Shown: one piece after another, positions 40,306 through 55,644 of the stretch
Numbering within the stretch: position 1 is the stretch's first letter
Layout of the letters: every line of letters starts with the position of its first letter
Assembly: GCA_002189035.1 (NCBI GenBank)
Contig: NEEC01000025.1
Coordinates: 434,001-498,000 of the forward strand
Length of the DNA: 64,000 bases
Source: Utricularia gibba
Taxonomy: Eukaryota; Plantae; Magnoliophyta
Direction of reading: 5' to 3'
The notes under the pieces: generated by a model
What the model was told of the DNA's origin: nothing
Databases searched by the model: none
What the model saw: the letters and a program-made list of their open reading frames with translations, nothing else
Made by a program: the position numbers and the translations under genes

Positions 40306-42002
40306 TTAGAAGTCGACAATGGGTTCGCCAATGGACAAGTTTCTCTGAGGAGTCCATGGCAAGTCGAAGAGCTTCGCCGTGATGAACTTGAAGATCTTGT
40401 TGACGTTGATGTTATGCTTGGCGCTTGAGAAGAAGAGCGTTGCTTTCATTGCTCTTGCGTATACTCGAGCCTGCGTCACGATGGTCAGCTGGATATCGCG
40501 TGGAAGTCGGGCGAAATCGTCGAACTTCGTCCCGATTAGAACTGGAATCGCATTCTGCGAACAGGGAAAAAGGCAAGGTTAAAACAAACCATGTTCGATG
40601 TGATCCAAGCAGCTCATTACAGAGAGTTAGGTCCCCTCATGTGTCTGAGGTTCTCTACTATAAACTAGAGGGTGCGGCCCCATGGCCATATCATCATGTT
40701 TGCCAAGGATGTCTCTCCCAACACTCCAACTAACACTCAAACAGCTCCAGAATCCAAGACCCGGAAATGGTTTACACCGTTTTCGGACTGCTTTTTGGAG
40801 CTGCTGGAGGAATCCCAAAAGACACACAGTACACACTCTCTATTACTTTAGACAGCGATCATCTACTCTAGATATGTCTCCCATAAGATGGATACTACGG
40901 AGTAATGGCAATAAGAGCAAGAGCATGTGCCGCATTAATACCAATTCAAGAAAATGGTTGAGAGAGTTATTCACCTGATTCCACTTTCTGGCTTCAGTGT
41001 ACCATTCAGTTACACTGCATTTCAAAGAAGGGTTCATTAGCTTACTCTCGAACTAATCAAACTGTGAATTGAAGATCTACCTGTTGAGAGTGCATCGACT
41101 TGTGAGATCAAACATGAATAGAATAGCTACAGCATCTTTGCAGGCAATAGGAACTTGATCAGACGAATTGATGCTACCTGCAATTCGAGAAGTGGTCAGT
41201 CATTCAATCCAAGTGGCCATCGAACAGTTTAACTTTTCACGTCTTCGAATCAAGTAGTTACACCTACCTTTCTGACGTTGAAATGAGTAGAATCAAGTCA
41301 CATATCATCACTGAACTTAATGTAAACTTGCTCAAAAGTGGTACCTCCAACATCCCAAATTCTGAAAGAGATTCTGGCTCCATCGACAAGTAAGGTTTTG
41401 TCTACTAAATTCAATCCCTCCATTTGCAGACTCCTCTTAACTTCTTCCTCCCCCACATACTTCATCTGATCATTAAGATCCAGAAACAATTACTATAGGC
41501 AACCGAAAGGACCATTTATGATTCGCAGATAAACATCTGAAACACGCCAAAAAAAAGCAACCTGAAGAGATACTTCTGTTTAATCTAACCAACAGAAAAG
41601 AATAATTACGCATAATGGCGCAAGATAACGAGAAATTGATGAAGAAATTACCACGAAAGAGGTTTTCCCAATCTGACAATCACCCAAGATGCTGATCTTG
41701 AGCGACACCAAATCGGAATCGGTCTCGTATCCGCTGCTAGACGCGGTCGTTTCACTTTCACGATCCTCTACTCCCAGGAGCTCCACATCCATACCGCCGC
41801 TCCGCCGGGACACTAATCTTCGGTAACGAGGAGCCCGCAGCCTCACAGACAAATCTATAATCCTTTCCCAGAGTAACCTGCAGAGGTCCCGCAACGCGGC
41901 AACCTTGAATTCCCCTGTCCACCGGAGGTTAATTCGCACGACTCTCCGACAGAGCTGAGCCACCTTCCCGGCGGCGGCCTGGAACTTCTGGACATCCATC
42001 AT
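40306..42002 (-). CDS. SGP1: Septum-promoting GTP-binding protein 1-like small GTPase (Spg1/Tem1 family)
   Basis: DSDLVSLKISILGDCQIGKTSFV (P-loop), SFRIWDVGG, ILFMFDLTSRCTLN, IGTKFDDF, FFSSAKHNINVNKIFKFITAKLFDLPW...IGEPIVDF*. Confidence 0.93.
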
Positions 42003-43198
42003 GCTTCCTCCGGCCCCGGATTCCGTTCACATCCGTAAAGCAGCAGCTGAGTATATATTTATGACCTCCGCGTGCATTTTCCCCAGCTTTATTCTGCGCT
42101 CAGAAAGAAGTGAAAGACAAGATATCTCTTACAAAAAGGATTAAAAAGAAAGCATCCATCGCAAATTAATAATATTAATAATAATATATTATATTATATT
42201 ATATATTACCTTTCCCTATGCACAAAAATCCATTTGAAATTATTACTAGAGTTTTATTCCCTCATCTGGACTCCTTCTCTTCCTATTTTTATTTTAAATT
42301 GGAAAAAATACGAACAATTATCCAGAAGAAGTCAAAAGGTAGGCAAAGTTGGTGCGTGAGTCCAATTCGTATATGACCGGAAACGACGGTGGTCCAGATC
42401 GCCGGCATTTTGGTTTACCGACGGGGCGTAGGTGAGAGTAGGGCAAGGGGCTAGATGCAATTTCCGGCCGTCTATTTTTCTGGCATTAAATTTAGCATTA
42501 TTTAATTCATTTAATGAAATTATAATAATTACTTTTTTTATTAGAGAAATGGAACTGTTCTCATCTATGAATCATTTGAGTTTGGTGGGCGATCAATTTG
42601 TCCAGTTTTAAAAATCCTGATTTCCACTTCTCACCCATTTTTGTTTGCTCTAATTGATATAAAAAATCATTAATTATGCGAATTATGAAAATTTGTAATT
42701 TTCATAGAAATGTTCGAATTTTTTAAGAGATATTTAATACTTAAAAAACCCAATTTAATTCTTGTTAAATAAGATTTATTAAAACTGGGTAACCCGAGAA
42801 AACGACAATTCACTCTCTTGACAGGGACTAGTGGATGAGGTGCGATTGGTAATGAGGGTTTATTGAAGGCCACAACCGTGGATAATTGCGGTCACGTTGT
42901 TGACTACGTGGTCAATGAATAGGCCGCATTTTGAATAGGCCCATCAACGCTGGACACAGATTCGGCCCATTAAATCATTTGTGAGATTGCGGCCCAACAC
43001 ATCCTTCTAAACACACTGAAAATGACATTCCGGCCCACTTAAATTAAGAACAATAAACAAATTAATTTTCTATTTACAATAGGATGGGAAAACCGCATAG
43101 ACCATCAGACCCTCGGAATAGGTTGGGTTTGTTTAGCTCTCAGTCTCAAACACGGCGCCGCGGTCCACGAGAACCAATCGTCGTCATCGTCGTCGTCG

Positions 43199-43480
43199 TC
43201 ACTCCGGAATACTCTGCAGCGCCGGCGTCCAGTGGCGTTCGTTCGCCGACCATCGATCTCCTACGTTCATTAATTGAGCCAAAACCTCCTCCGCCGACAT
43301 CCTCCCGGCCTCCGCCTCAGTAAGTACCGCCTCCAAGTCCTTCTTGGACACCTTGATCCTCACGGACGACGACAATTTCACCTCGCCGCCTCCCACCGCA
43401 TACTCCGCCGCCGATCCGAATGAGCCCCAATCCTCGCCGCCCCATTCACAACGAGAATCCCTAGTCAAGCAGTTTCCCAT
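43199..43480 (-). CDS. Small uncharacterised plant protein with MGNC (myristoylation/acylation-type) start and C-terminal W-x-PALQSIPE motif (DUF4228/PADRE-like)
   Basis: MGNCL...EWGGEDW...VRIKVSKKDLEAVL...SAEEVL...WTPALQSIPE*; single exon, GC-rich. Confidence 0.8.
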   Translation of the reverse strand: MGNCLTRDSRCEWGGEDWGSFGSAAEYAVGGGEVKLSSSVRIKVSKKDLEAVLTEAEAGRMSAEEVLAQLMNVGDRWSANERHWTPALQSIPE

Positions 43481-43863
43481 TTTAAGGCGACCCCGGAATG
43501 TGGAAGATTTGGATGAAACGCACTTTGATGGTATATATAGCAGAGTTCTGAAGTGGGGGCGGAATATTATTTTATAGTATAATGAAAAAAATACTTATTT
43601 TGATATTGCGTATGCTCTATATAGCATCTTATGTGCCTTTTAATATTGGCATGATATAATTAAACTCATCTTAGATATAAATATATCACAAGTTAAATCT
43701 TCTAATATCATATTAAAATTAAGAATTATATGAATCGAATTAACACGTATATAAAAATCCATAGATTTATTGATTTTGTTAGCAAAGGAATAGAGCCGCG
43801 GCTTGGTGTGAAACGCAGCGGAGCCAGGGAATCTACGTGTAGACACGCCTTCGAATGACGGCT

Positions 43864-43891
43864 GGGCTGGGCTGGGCTGCGCCGGGCCGGG
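43864..43891 (+). repeat. (GGGCT)3...(GGGCC)2 short repeat; G-quadruplex-compatible and site II-like
   Basis: Five GGG tracts at 43864, 43869, 43874, 43884 and 43889. Confidence 0.8.
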
Positions 43892-44969
43892 CCACGCCCG
43901 AGCCAACACCAAGATTTTTTTTTTTTAGAAAAAAAGGAAAAAGCTTACCGTAATAAATTTATAATTTATAGGTCAAAATCAACTTTATGAAGCTAGAGGC
44001 CCCGTCTCTATCTCTATTTAGGATCAATAACATCGAATGATGGACAGATAATTGAGGCAATTAATTACATTTACGGGGTGTTCTTTGGGCCCCACTTAGA
44101 TATTTTTCGAAACTAGAACAATAATTATACCGACTTTATACTTTTATTTATTAGAAACATTTTTGGAAAAGACATGATAAAACAATTTGATGGTTGGATC
44201 ACCATAAAATGATAAATGGGGTGTCGGAAATATCAATTTTTTGTTAATATATTTTTATATAATATTTCACACTTGTAATCTCAAGTTTTGGTTTGATATT
44301 ATCAATTTTAACCCTTTTCATTGTGGTTTTAATCTCATCATTTTCAATTCACATGGTCTTAAGTACACGAATTTTATTATTCCTTTTTAATTTAAAAACG
44401 AAGGCAATGTTAGTAATTAATTATTATATCGCAGGAGAATCGTGAAAGAAAAAAGAATAGCAAAGAAATGGATAAATGTGGAAGAAACAGATAAGTTTGA
44501 ACATTATAGAAAATGATAATATTTTAAAATAAATATTATATATTTTAACCCCTGTGTTTTCGGTTGGAAGATATTTACTACTCAGCCACCATATTTGGAG
44601 TGATTTCCTGGTGGAGTTATTGCAGAGGAAGGGGGAGAAGATTCCCATTGGTCCAAGACAGCGTTGCGCCTCTCATCTGTCTCCTTCTTAAATAATGACC
44701 AGGGCTCGGGCTCGGTCTCATCTACTCCCCGTTTTGTAATAATAATGATAATAATTTGCAAAAACCAGCCACAAAATTCAATACTATATTCACAGTTTAC
44801 ACCTTGATAAGATATCCTTTTGCTGATGATTTTATTGTGTTGGCGTGAAGGGAGGGATGGAGCGGGGGGGTATGTACAGAAAGAGTGGATTCAAGACACT
44901 TGAAAAGAGCAGCGGTGGTTTCTTCTCTTTACATTTCCCCTTCCATGTAAACATCCCCATCTCCTCGTC

Positions 44970-46442
<1,473 letters not shown>

Positions 46443-49207
46443 TTGCACCAAAATTCAGAAATTGGGTGACGGCCGGGTGGCGGAATACCACTCCTTACTG
46501 TTCGAACGACATCTACTGAGGAACACCAGTCACCAGTGCTACAAAGACTTGAAAGGAAACACGGAACCCCAGCGCGGTTTATATAGTGGGGGAGGGAGGG
46601 CTCCAGATAGAGAGAGAGAAACAGCATTCATCACTCATTTTTTTAAAAAAAAAAATTGGCTCCTACCATATATTATATTCAAGTAGTATATTATTTACCT
46701 ATGATTATGCAATAAAATAATCCAAATTCTTTAATTAATTAAAAAAAAACTCATCACTTGTTTGTTGAAGACATTGAACATTGCGTTATGTTAAGTAGAA
46801 CAACTTAATAATACAATTGGTTAGAATTAATAATATTTAAACAAATTCATTATTCAATATTAAATACATGGATTTAATTAATCTCAGCAGAATATTATCT
46901 TTTTCACTCTGCTTCTTACGTTTATTTTTTTCCCTTTTTCAATAAATTATTGTTTATATTCAATTTTAAATACATAATCTAAGAATCATTTTTTAAACGT
47001 ATTTTAAATTATAAATGTTTTGATAATATTTTATATACTATGCTTATCATCAACATATCTTATATAAAAATATGAATACTTTGATAATTATCTCCTACTT
47101 TTTTCGTTTGATTTGTCGTTATTCTGGATAACTTATTTGATTAGCACCGAGCATAACGGCGAATACTGCATTATCGGAAGTAGAATAGTATCAACTTAAT
47201 TTCGAATAAATGATATCACAATAACTAACATATCATTTATAAAATTGATCATCCGTACATAATCTATCATTATGAATTACCAATTTTTTCACAAATTGAT
47301 AAGAGTATGATCAAATTTCTAATACAATCTCAATCCATCTACTCATATGATCAAATTTTGTTTTTCTTTTTTTAAAAATATATATATTGAATCAAAATTT
47401 TCAAATATATATTATAAAATGATGAAATATTAAAATGAATCCAGTGGTGGTGGTGATCTCACCATCCTCGTGCGCGTAGTCCTGCGTGAATCGAAGGGGG
47501 CGCCAAGAGAACTCTCGACCGCACGCACGAAAAGATTTCGCTAAATCATCAAAAGCGATGTTGCCCGAGATCGTCTAATGGCGATTAATCCCTAACGTGA
47601 GCATGCTCAGCGCCATGGCCCCATGTAACTGGAGCTGGAGCTCACAAACATGACAAGTAAATATTTCTCAGTAATCCCAGAAACGCGCAGTACCCTTCTG
47701 CGCCATGTTCTTCTTCTGCTTACGGTAATTCAGGCAGACAGGACAAGTAGCCGGGGAAAGCATGATAATCCTTCCAAATCAAAGGGGACGCAGCCCAGCA
47801 TTGTGGTATAAAGATCACATCAAGCGATGCGTGAACGTCAAGAGTTATCAACAGAAGGGAGGGCGATGATTGATCTGCTGTTAACCCATCGCCATTTTCT
47901 GATAGCTGAGGTCGGGGGATGGAAGACTGGTTCAATCGGCGAAACTGGAAACCGGGGTTCAAAGTCCGAATCCATCAGCAGCGCGGTTGCTGGTTCTGGA
48001 GGGGCATTGAATGAGGACGGCCCACCTCCTGAGGATAAGAGGAATTCCTCGCGCCACGTCGCGCCCTCTCTCTCGAGGGAAAAGGCATTCATCAGGCTTC
48101 TTTGTCCCGCTTCGCTTGTGTCTATCCATGGCTTCCCTTACCGACCCTTCAAGTTTCCATGTGCACTCGCTTCGCCTTGGGAGGGCAGTTTTGGGAACCA
48201 GACTTTGTCTTGAAATATATAGAATTTAATCATTATTGGACGGTATTAGAACAAACAATTCCACATCTTAAAATTAAAATTACAAATTAATATTATCTAA
48301 TCTTTTTTAATATGATCATTTTGTAAAACGATATGTTTCTTAGCTATAAATTTCATTTTGGGTATTATATTTAGAAACCACACAAGGAATGATTATACGA
48401 AAAACATGGAAGTGGAGGTGATTTACACATCCAAGGAAGAATACTTCCTCATAAAACTTGAAATGTTCTTTTTGTCCCATTCAATAGTAGTATGATTCTA
48501 AAAAAAAAGAAAGTTAAATTTTCCCTTTTTAAATAGTACAAAAATAATAATAATTTAAATTTATAATTTTTTTTGTGTGGTTATGTTTAAGTAAACATGA
48601 GTGGCTTTGGCTTCCACATATTGGATTCTTAACCTCATAAGCGTTTGTAAAGTTGGTAGGGCAGGTTATTGTCTTTGTGATTATTAGGGTGGTGTTCTGG
48701 TCGGATATCTGCATCAAAAATTACAAATATCGGATTTTAAATTTTGAAATTATGGTTTTCAATTTTGAAACGTGACATAATTAATTTCAATTTAATTTTT
48801 ATTAAATAAAAATTCTAAATCATAGAATCAAGTGTGATATAATAATTGTTGCAATATATTTGATTATATTATTAATTAATTCATATGTAAACATTAAGAC
48901 AAATAAGATATTAATGGAACGTTTGGTAGAATCATTCAATCAATTGTTTTCCAAAGTATGATTATAATATTTATTTTTGCAAAATATGTAACTTTTAAAA
49001 AAACCAAATATGTGTTGTGTTACTATAGTAAAAATGAGAATAAATTCATATCCTTATAAAAAAATATGTATACATAAATTGGTAACGGAATTGCTGGGGA
49101 CAATTTGAAGACCCCAGGTGATGATTGAATGGGCAAATGCCATATAATTTTCGTAGGAGCATGTTACTTGAAGTTACAATTTCATGGAGAATCACGTCTC
49201 CAGTGGA

Positions 49208-49472
49208 TGGGCTGGGCCTCTCGCTTTTTGTTCATAATGGGCTACAGTGTGGGTCCAATCATGGAAGCCCAATCGGTGCCAAGAAGCCTTCCAATTAATT
49301 TTCGCGTTCAGTTGCGTTAATTAATGAGAGAATAATCAATCATAATTGGAGATTGTTTACATCAAATGGTATTGGGCTCATGAAGGTGGAGCAGTAATGG
49401 GCCTGAATTGCTGTAGGCCCATATATGGGTCCGGCCCGGTAATGAGGAATATCCTTCTTAGCGCTATATAAA
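49208..49472 (+). promoter_or_regulatory. ATG8 promoter: dense site II (TGGGCY/RGCCCA) cluster plus TATA box
   Basis: At least 7 site II motifs between 49208 and 49421; TATATAAA at 49465-49472. Confidence 0.65.
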
Positions 49473-49706
49473 CAATCTGTATGCGATTGGGTTATCCTAA
49501 TTACGATTGCGTATGTCATTGAGGAGCCCAAGTTTCTTCGCCAAGTGGTAGACCCTCGAGCTGTCTCTCTTCATGCGCTTCAGCGTTTGTTTGCGAGAAT
49601 TCTGTGTGTTTCTTTTGGAATCTGTGCTTCTGATTTTTTGGTTCCGTTTCTGTGTGCAGATTGTTTGTAGGAAGCCTTTGGTATTAGAGAAAGAGAGGGA
49701 GGGGTT

Positions 49707-50703
<997 letters not shown>

Positions 50704-51241
50704 AACACCCCGTCGATCACCACCAGAATCTGTAAATAGCAACTCGTTGACCAGTACCTGCTGAACGTCGTGCCGTTTCCCAGTTGAATGTTCCTTCTGC
50801 TAGACTTTATGCTGACGATAATAATATGTCCTTCCTGTTCTGTTATGTCATTATGAGCGGTCCAGTCTGCCACTGGACATGGGGTGTCAAATGATTTTAT
50901 CAATCAATCAATAATCAATAATGATTCATCAGTTCTATTTTAAAAGCAAACCCAAAGATTAATAAAGTTTTGGTTTGTGGTTCAAGGTAGCTCATTGTGG
51001 GAAACATGCTAAAATTTTGTATGATGCAAAGCAAGCAGCATCCATGGATCAGCACTACAAACATCAATGGCGTACAAACACCAGCATAGAAGAAGAAAAA
51101 AATGGGAGCCTGAGAGAATATAACAAACCATGCAATCTGCTTCTCGAAGAATACATTATTCACTCAGGTTCTCATCATGCTGTTTCTCCCAAGCAGGATG
51201 CGAGCGTGTAAGCAGCATTCAAGGTGTCTGTATCGACTTTC

Positions 51242-54200
51242 CTAAAGCTGAAGCGCCAAATCCGGCTGCTGGGGATCCACGAGGACGCCGGAGGGCCCTC
51301 CGGGTGAACCTGAGGGCTGGAAGCCGATATTGAGATCCGGAGGAAGGGATTCCTGCTTCTGTTTAGGGTGCATTTGTGGGCTGATGCTCCGCCATGTAGG
51401 CTGAAGTTGGAATCTGGATAAATCGCCACCCAGCTGCGGATAATTCATCGCTTGGTTGCGGAAGTGTGCTCCATTTACAACAGGACCTTGTGGAACGAAG
51501 GCATGGAGTGGAGAATTGTTCCTCTCTAACTGAAGGGCCTTTCCTCTGACTGAAGCTAACTCTCCAGGGTACTGTGGTTGCATATTCCGGGGAGAACTCA
51601 ATGGGGTGTTGATGTTTGCCAAGGGAGGTCTAAATCCAACAGTCCGCATAGGGATCGGTGCGCCGGAAGCCGCAGCTGTCGATGCAGGAATGCTGCGCAG
51701 TAATGGGGCTGAAGAGAGACTCGAATTGGCTGACCACGGTCTTTGACCCTTTTCAGCAAGCATTCTTGTGGCATCATCAAGAACCTGCCCCGTTCCTTGC
51801 TGATAGCAGCCTGCTGATGTAGCCTTACTGATTGATGAGCCGGAAATATTTTCGATATCCAGTCTACCAAAAACTTTTCCGTTCGGCAATGCTCCAACTG
51901 CAGTTCCATAATCAGGTTGCTTCAAATTTTCAGCCATCGAAAAGGCACCTTGCCTTGAAGCCAACTCCTTTGGAGATTCCCTTTCTGTGCTCCCCCGATT
52001 TTGCCTTGGGACCATACTTTCAGCAGCATTTGGATTGAATGTTGGAGGGAGTCCTTGTCTTAACTGTTTTGAAACCCTTTGATCAGTAAGAGTAGATGCC
52101 CTGAATTGGGAAACAATATGCTGGTGACCCATGCTAGCAGAACCACCACCAGCCTTGATCTCGGAGGACAAGAATAAAGAGCTCATATCAGAAGGATTCA
52201 CCCTCGTCGACGGTACACTGCCAGAAAAACCAGAGGTGCTACACGAAGTGTCACCAGAACGATGAAAAAACGGTAAAGATGCCAAATCAAGGTTCCCCTG
52301 CAATGAAACTAACACAGGGTTATCATCATGCTTCTTGGGCTCAGGAGCAGGCTTTGCTTTGGCAAAAAATGGTGGTTCTCTAGTATTGGCGTTTTCCATA
52401 ACCGGCACAGGAGTTGGAAGAGGCTCATACTCTCCGACCCACCCTGGGCCAAACTCGAAACCTTGAGGAAGTGCTTGTTCAATTCTCTTAGAGCTAATGT
52501 TCCACACTACAGACCCTAAAGTCGCAGCAAAACGAGCTAAGCTCCTTGCATACGAATGATCAGAATATAGTCCAACCTGATTCCGAAAAATAGGAATGAT
52601 GCTTACATGACTGCATGTTGATAACTTGAAATGAAATGGGCATAAAAAATGACATACTGGAATCAGTTGCTTGCCTTCACCATCAGAACTTGAGAACATG
52701 GACCATGAGCAAGCTGCATTACAAGCAAGTGATATGTCATATGTTTCACGGCGACTTACATCCTGCATCGGCGACTTCTTGCCAAACCTAGGCATCAGGC
52801 CCTTTCCTGGAAAGACCAAATGAGTGGTCAGGGTATGCGATGTTAAAGCATGGGCACATATTGCCGTTATATATGGTACCTGGAAGAGATTCATCTCCCT
52901 TGTCTAAACTATTCTCATTGAACGAATAACTTCCAGCAGGATGAACGTCAGCATTACCATGTCTCTCACATTCAGGATTTTGGGATGCATTTGAAACATT
53001 CCGCAGGTCAGCACCCATGTGCATTGCAGATGATGACATGTTGGAGCCAAATGGTTCTTGCGTACGAATGATAGATGCGTGAACCAGTTTATTCACAACA
53101 GGCGTCGTCCTTAGCGTTTGCTCAGGTTTAACGGATTTGTCAGCACCTTCAACTTTCAAACTCAATTTCTCGAACTTCCTTGTGGCCAACTCTTTTATTG
53201 AACGCGCCTATGAGATATAGAGAAGGGAGGTATATTTCACCAAGCACAGAAAATCAACAAGATAGCTCCTATTATACCTGCTTGTGGTAGATAGTATCGG
53301 GGGCATTGTATTCCATTGCATTTGTGCAGATAAGGAAGACATCACCCTGCACGGCCGTTTTGTTTTGGAAGGGAATTACTCATATTGAAGTTCATAGCCA
53401 CCATATCCAGATGATAATAAAGAAAGCAAGCGGACTGAAGCTAACTTCAGTCCGGAGAAAGTGGAGAAATATCACAGGAACCTCAACTTGACAACCATCA
53501 CGAAAGAATGAAAATAAAGAAGCATTCGTTACCTCAAACTGTTCCAATGTCTCATACGATCCATTTGCCAACTTTTTTCTCACAGTGGCGAAATCCATTG
53601 GGTGCTTTATTACATCGTGGTAATCAGGAAGCTGCCTCAAAAACAATCCATCAGGCATATAAATGCAAAAGGATGATCAAGCAGACAAAAAGTTGGATCC
53701 AGCATACCTCTTCAGGATCAACTGGTTCCGCATACACACCGTAGATGTCTTTCCTGGTTAAATGGCATAACAGGAGGTCGCCTTGGTCAAAAAAAAAAAA
53801 AAAAAAAACAATACAAAAGAAGAAGGATGCCAGAGTGTTAAAGGCATACTTCTGAAGTTTGTCCAGAATCAACTCCAAGGTTTTCTTATCAGGCAACGGC
53901 TGCCCTTGCAAAGCATCAGACGGTGTCGCTGTATTATACAAAACCAATAGTTGGAACGCTACTTCTTTCCTAATTCATCAAAGAAAGCGAGAAGACAAGA
54001 ATTATCAAACCTGGACACGAGTCTTCTCCTCCGCGCACGGGCTTCTTCTTCGTAATCTGCCAACAATTGACAAATATTCTTCTTAAATTTCCCAAAAAGA
54101 TAAAAGTACGGAAACACCATAACCTACATTCAGTTGGATTGTGGAACCCAGAAAGTACAACGTAACCCCATTCCTCCCCCACCCTAACAGGCATAACAAG

Positions 54201-54820
54201 GTATAGATTGCAAAGGACGCGTTGTAAAGGTAAAAAAAAGCCGGCTTTGTTTCGGGAATATCAAGAATAATCAGACAAGATCAACCCATATGCAAATGGT
54301 GCAGCAAGTTTCAGAGAGAGCTCTGCTGAAAGAGACGGAAGCAGAGCCATCAGATTTTGTGGGTTTTCCAAGAAAATGCGAAGTAGCCTACGACCCATTT
54401 CGATAAAGATAAGTACTCGTAATCGCCATAAAAGATCACCTCTCGACCCTTCCCTTCGCTGTAGTTGGCGTCGTGGTTGGGGTCATCATCCTCGTCAATC
54501 TCATCAATAACTTTCCGCTTCTTAAGCGACGGGCCGTCAGAAGAAGATTGAGATAAATCGGGGGCGATGGTTGTCGTTTTTGTTGAGCGCCGCTCTCCGG
54601 TTTGGAGGTTGAGAAGATAATTGAGCTTCTTCTCCCTCCGGCGCTGATCCTCCTCGAAAAGGTCGTCCTCATCGAAATAGTCATCGAGGTCGAAGACGTA
54701 CTTGACATTCCTCCGACGCAAACTCCGGCGAAGGTCCGACTCCGGCGGATCGTAGTTGGGTGCACGAGCTGTGCTGTTCCTCAGCTTGCTCTTCTTCTTG
54801 TTGTTGTTGGTGTGGCCCAT
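51242..54820 (-). CDS. Bromodomain protein of the BRD1/2/13 (At5g55040-like) SWI/SNF-associated family; start could be 54820 or 54883
   Basis: DLRRSLRRRNVKY, PLPDKKTLELILDKLQK|KDIYGVYAEPVDPEE|LPDYHDVIKHPMDFATVRKKLANGSY, HSYARSLARFAATLG, GPGWVGEYEP, C-terminal PPDLNIGFQ...QQPDLALQL*. Confidence 0.9.
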
Positions 54821-55644
54821 ATTCGTACGCCTTTTGTCTCCTAGTTCTGCTCCAGCAGCTCCCCTTTTTCTCTCAGCAGACATGGGAATTAGGAATGGGG
54901 AACTCAACCCCTCAACTCCACTCCCACTCACTAGCCATCCTCGTGCTGTTGCAACATCAAGACAAACCAAGCCCTACACTTTGGATTTTTCGCTTTCAGA
55001 GATTCAACCAATAAAGCTAGATCTAGCACCTTTGGCTGCCCAATGTCTACAATTTCAACAAGCCAAGGGAAACCCTACATATGTAGCCCCATCTCCGAGT
55101 AGCTGCAGCTGATCACTCCGACAGATTGCGCGGCAGATCCCAGCATCCCGGGTACCAGCAAATTTAGGGTTCAGGTCACCTCCCCTCCCCTTCCGTAGAT
55201 TTTTACTGCAACAGCAACTCCACTTTTCCTTCCTTTCACTTTTTTTCGCTGCTCCCTTTTTTGACATCCCAACAATCTTACGGTACACCCTCATCCCTCC
55301 GCTCATTTCAGCCACACCCTAAAAAACCCCGAATTCTGTAATAATCTTTCTTTTTTACCTATTTTTCTGATGTTATTCACCCATGCTTTTGCTGCTGATT
55401 TTCGGATAAGGCCCATTATTTCTCAAAAAACGAATTAATAGTATATAAAAGGAAAAACCTTGAAAGCGCGTTGTCAGTTACCAAATTCGAAAACGCGACT
55501 CTTGGAACAGGGAATTACAAGCAGAGGGCACATCTTTCCATGGAGACGTGATAATTCATTCCAGAATAAGTCAACAGGCAGAAGGTACCTATCCATTGAA
55601 GCAACTGGCGCCGCCACAGCCCCAAGAAAGCAGGGGATGCAGGA

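Noticed and set aside
46690-49100. AT-rich blocks (also 14990-15290, 26490-26770, 39720-40260, 44200-44430) as MITE or Helitron insertions
   Set aside because: I could not identify clear terminal inverted repeats, target-site duplications or Helitron ends; low complexity alone is not enough.
52788-52894. Apparent frame change between bromodomain ORFs 52788..53189 and 51242..52894
   Set aside because: Explained by a canonical 73-nt GT-AG intron (52879-52807) giving in-frame ...ESLPG|KGLMPRFGKK.
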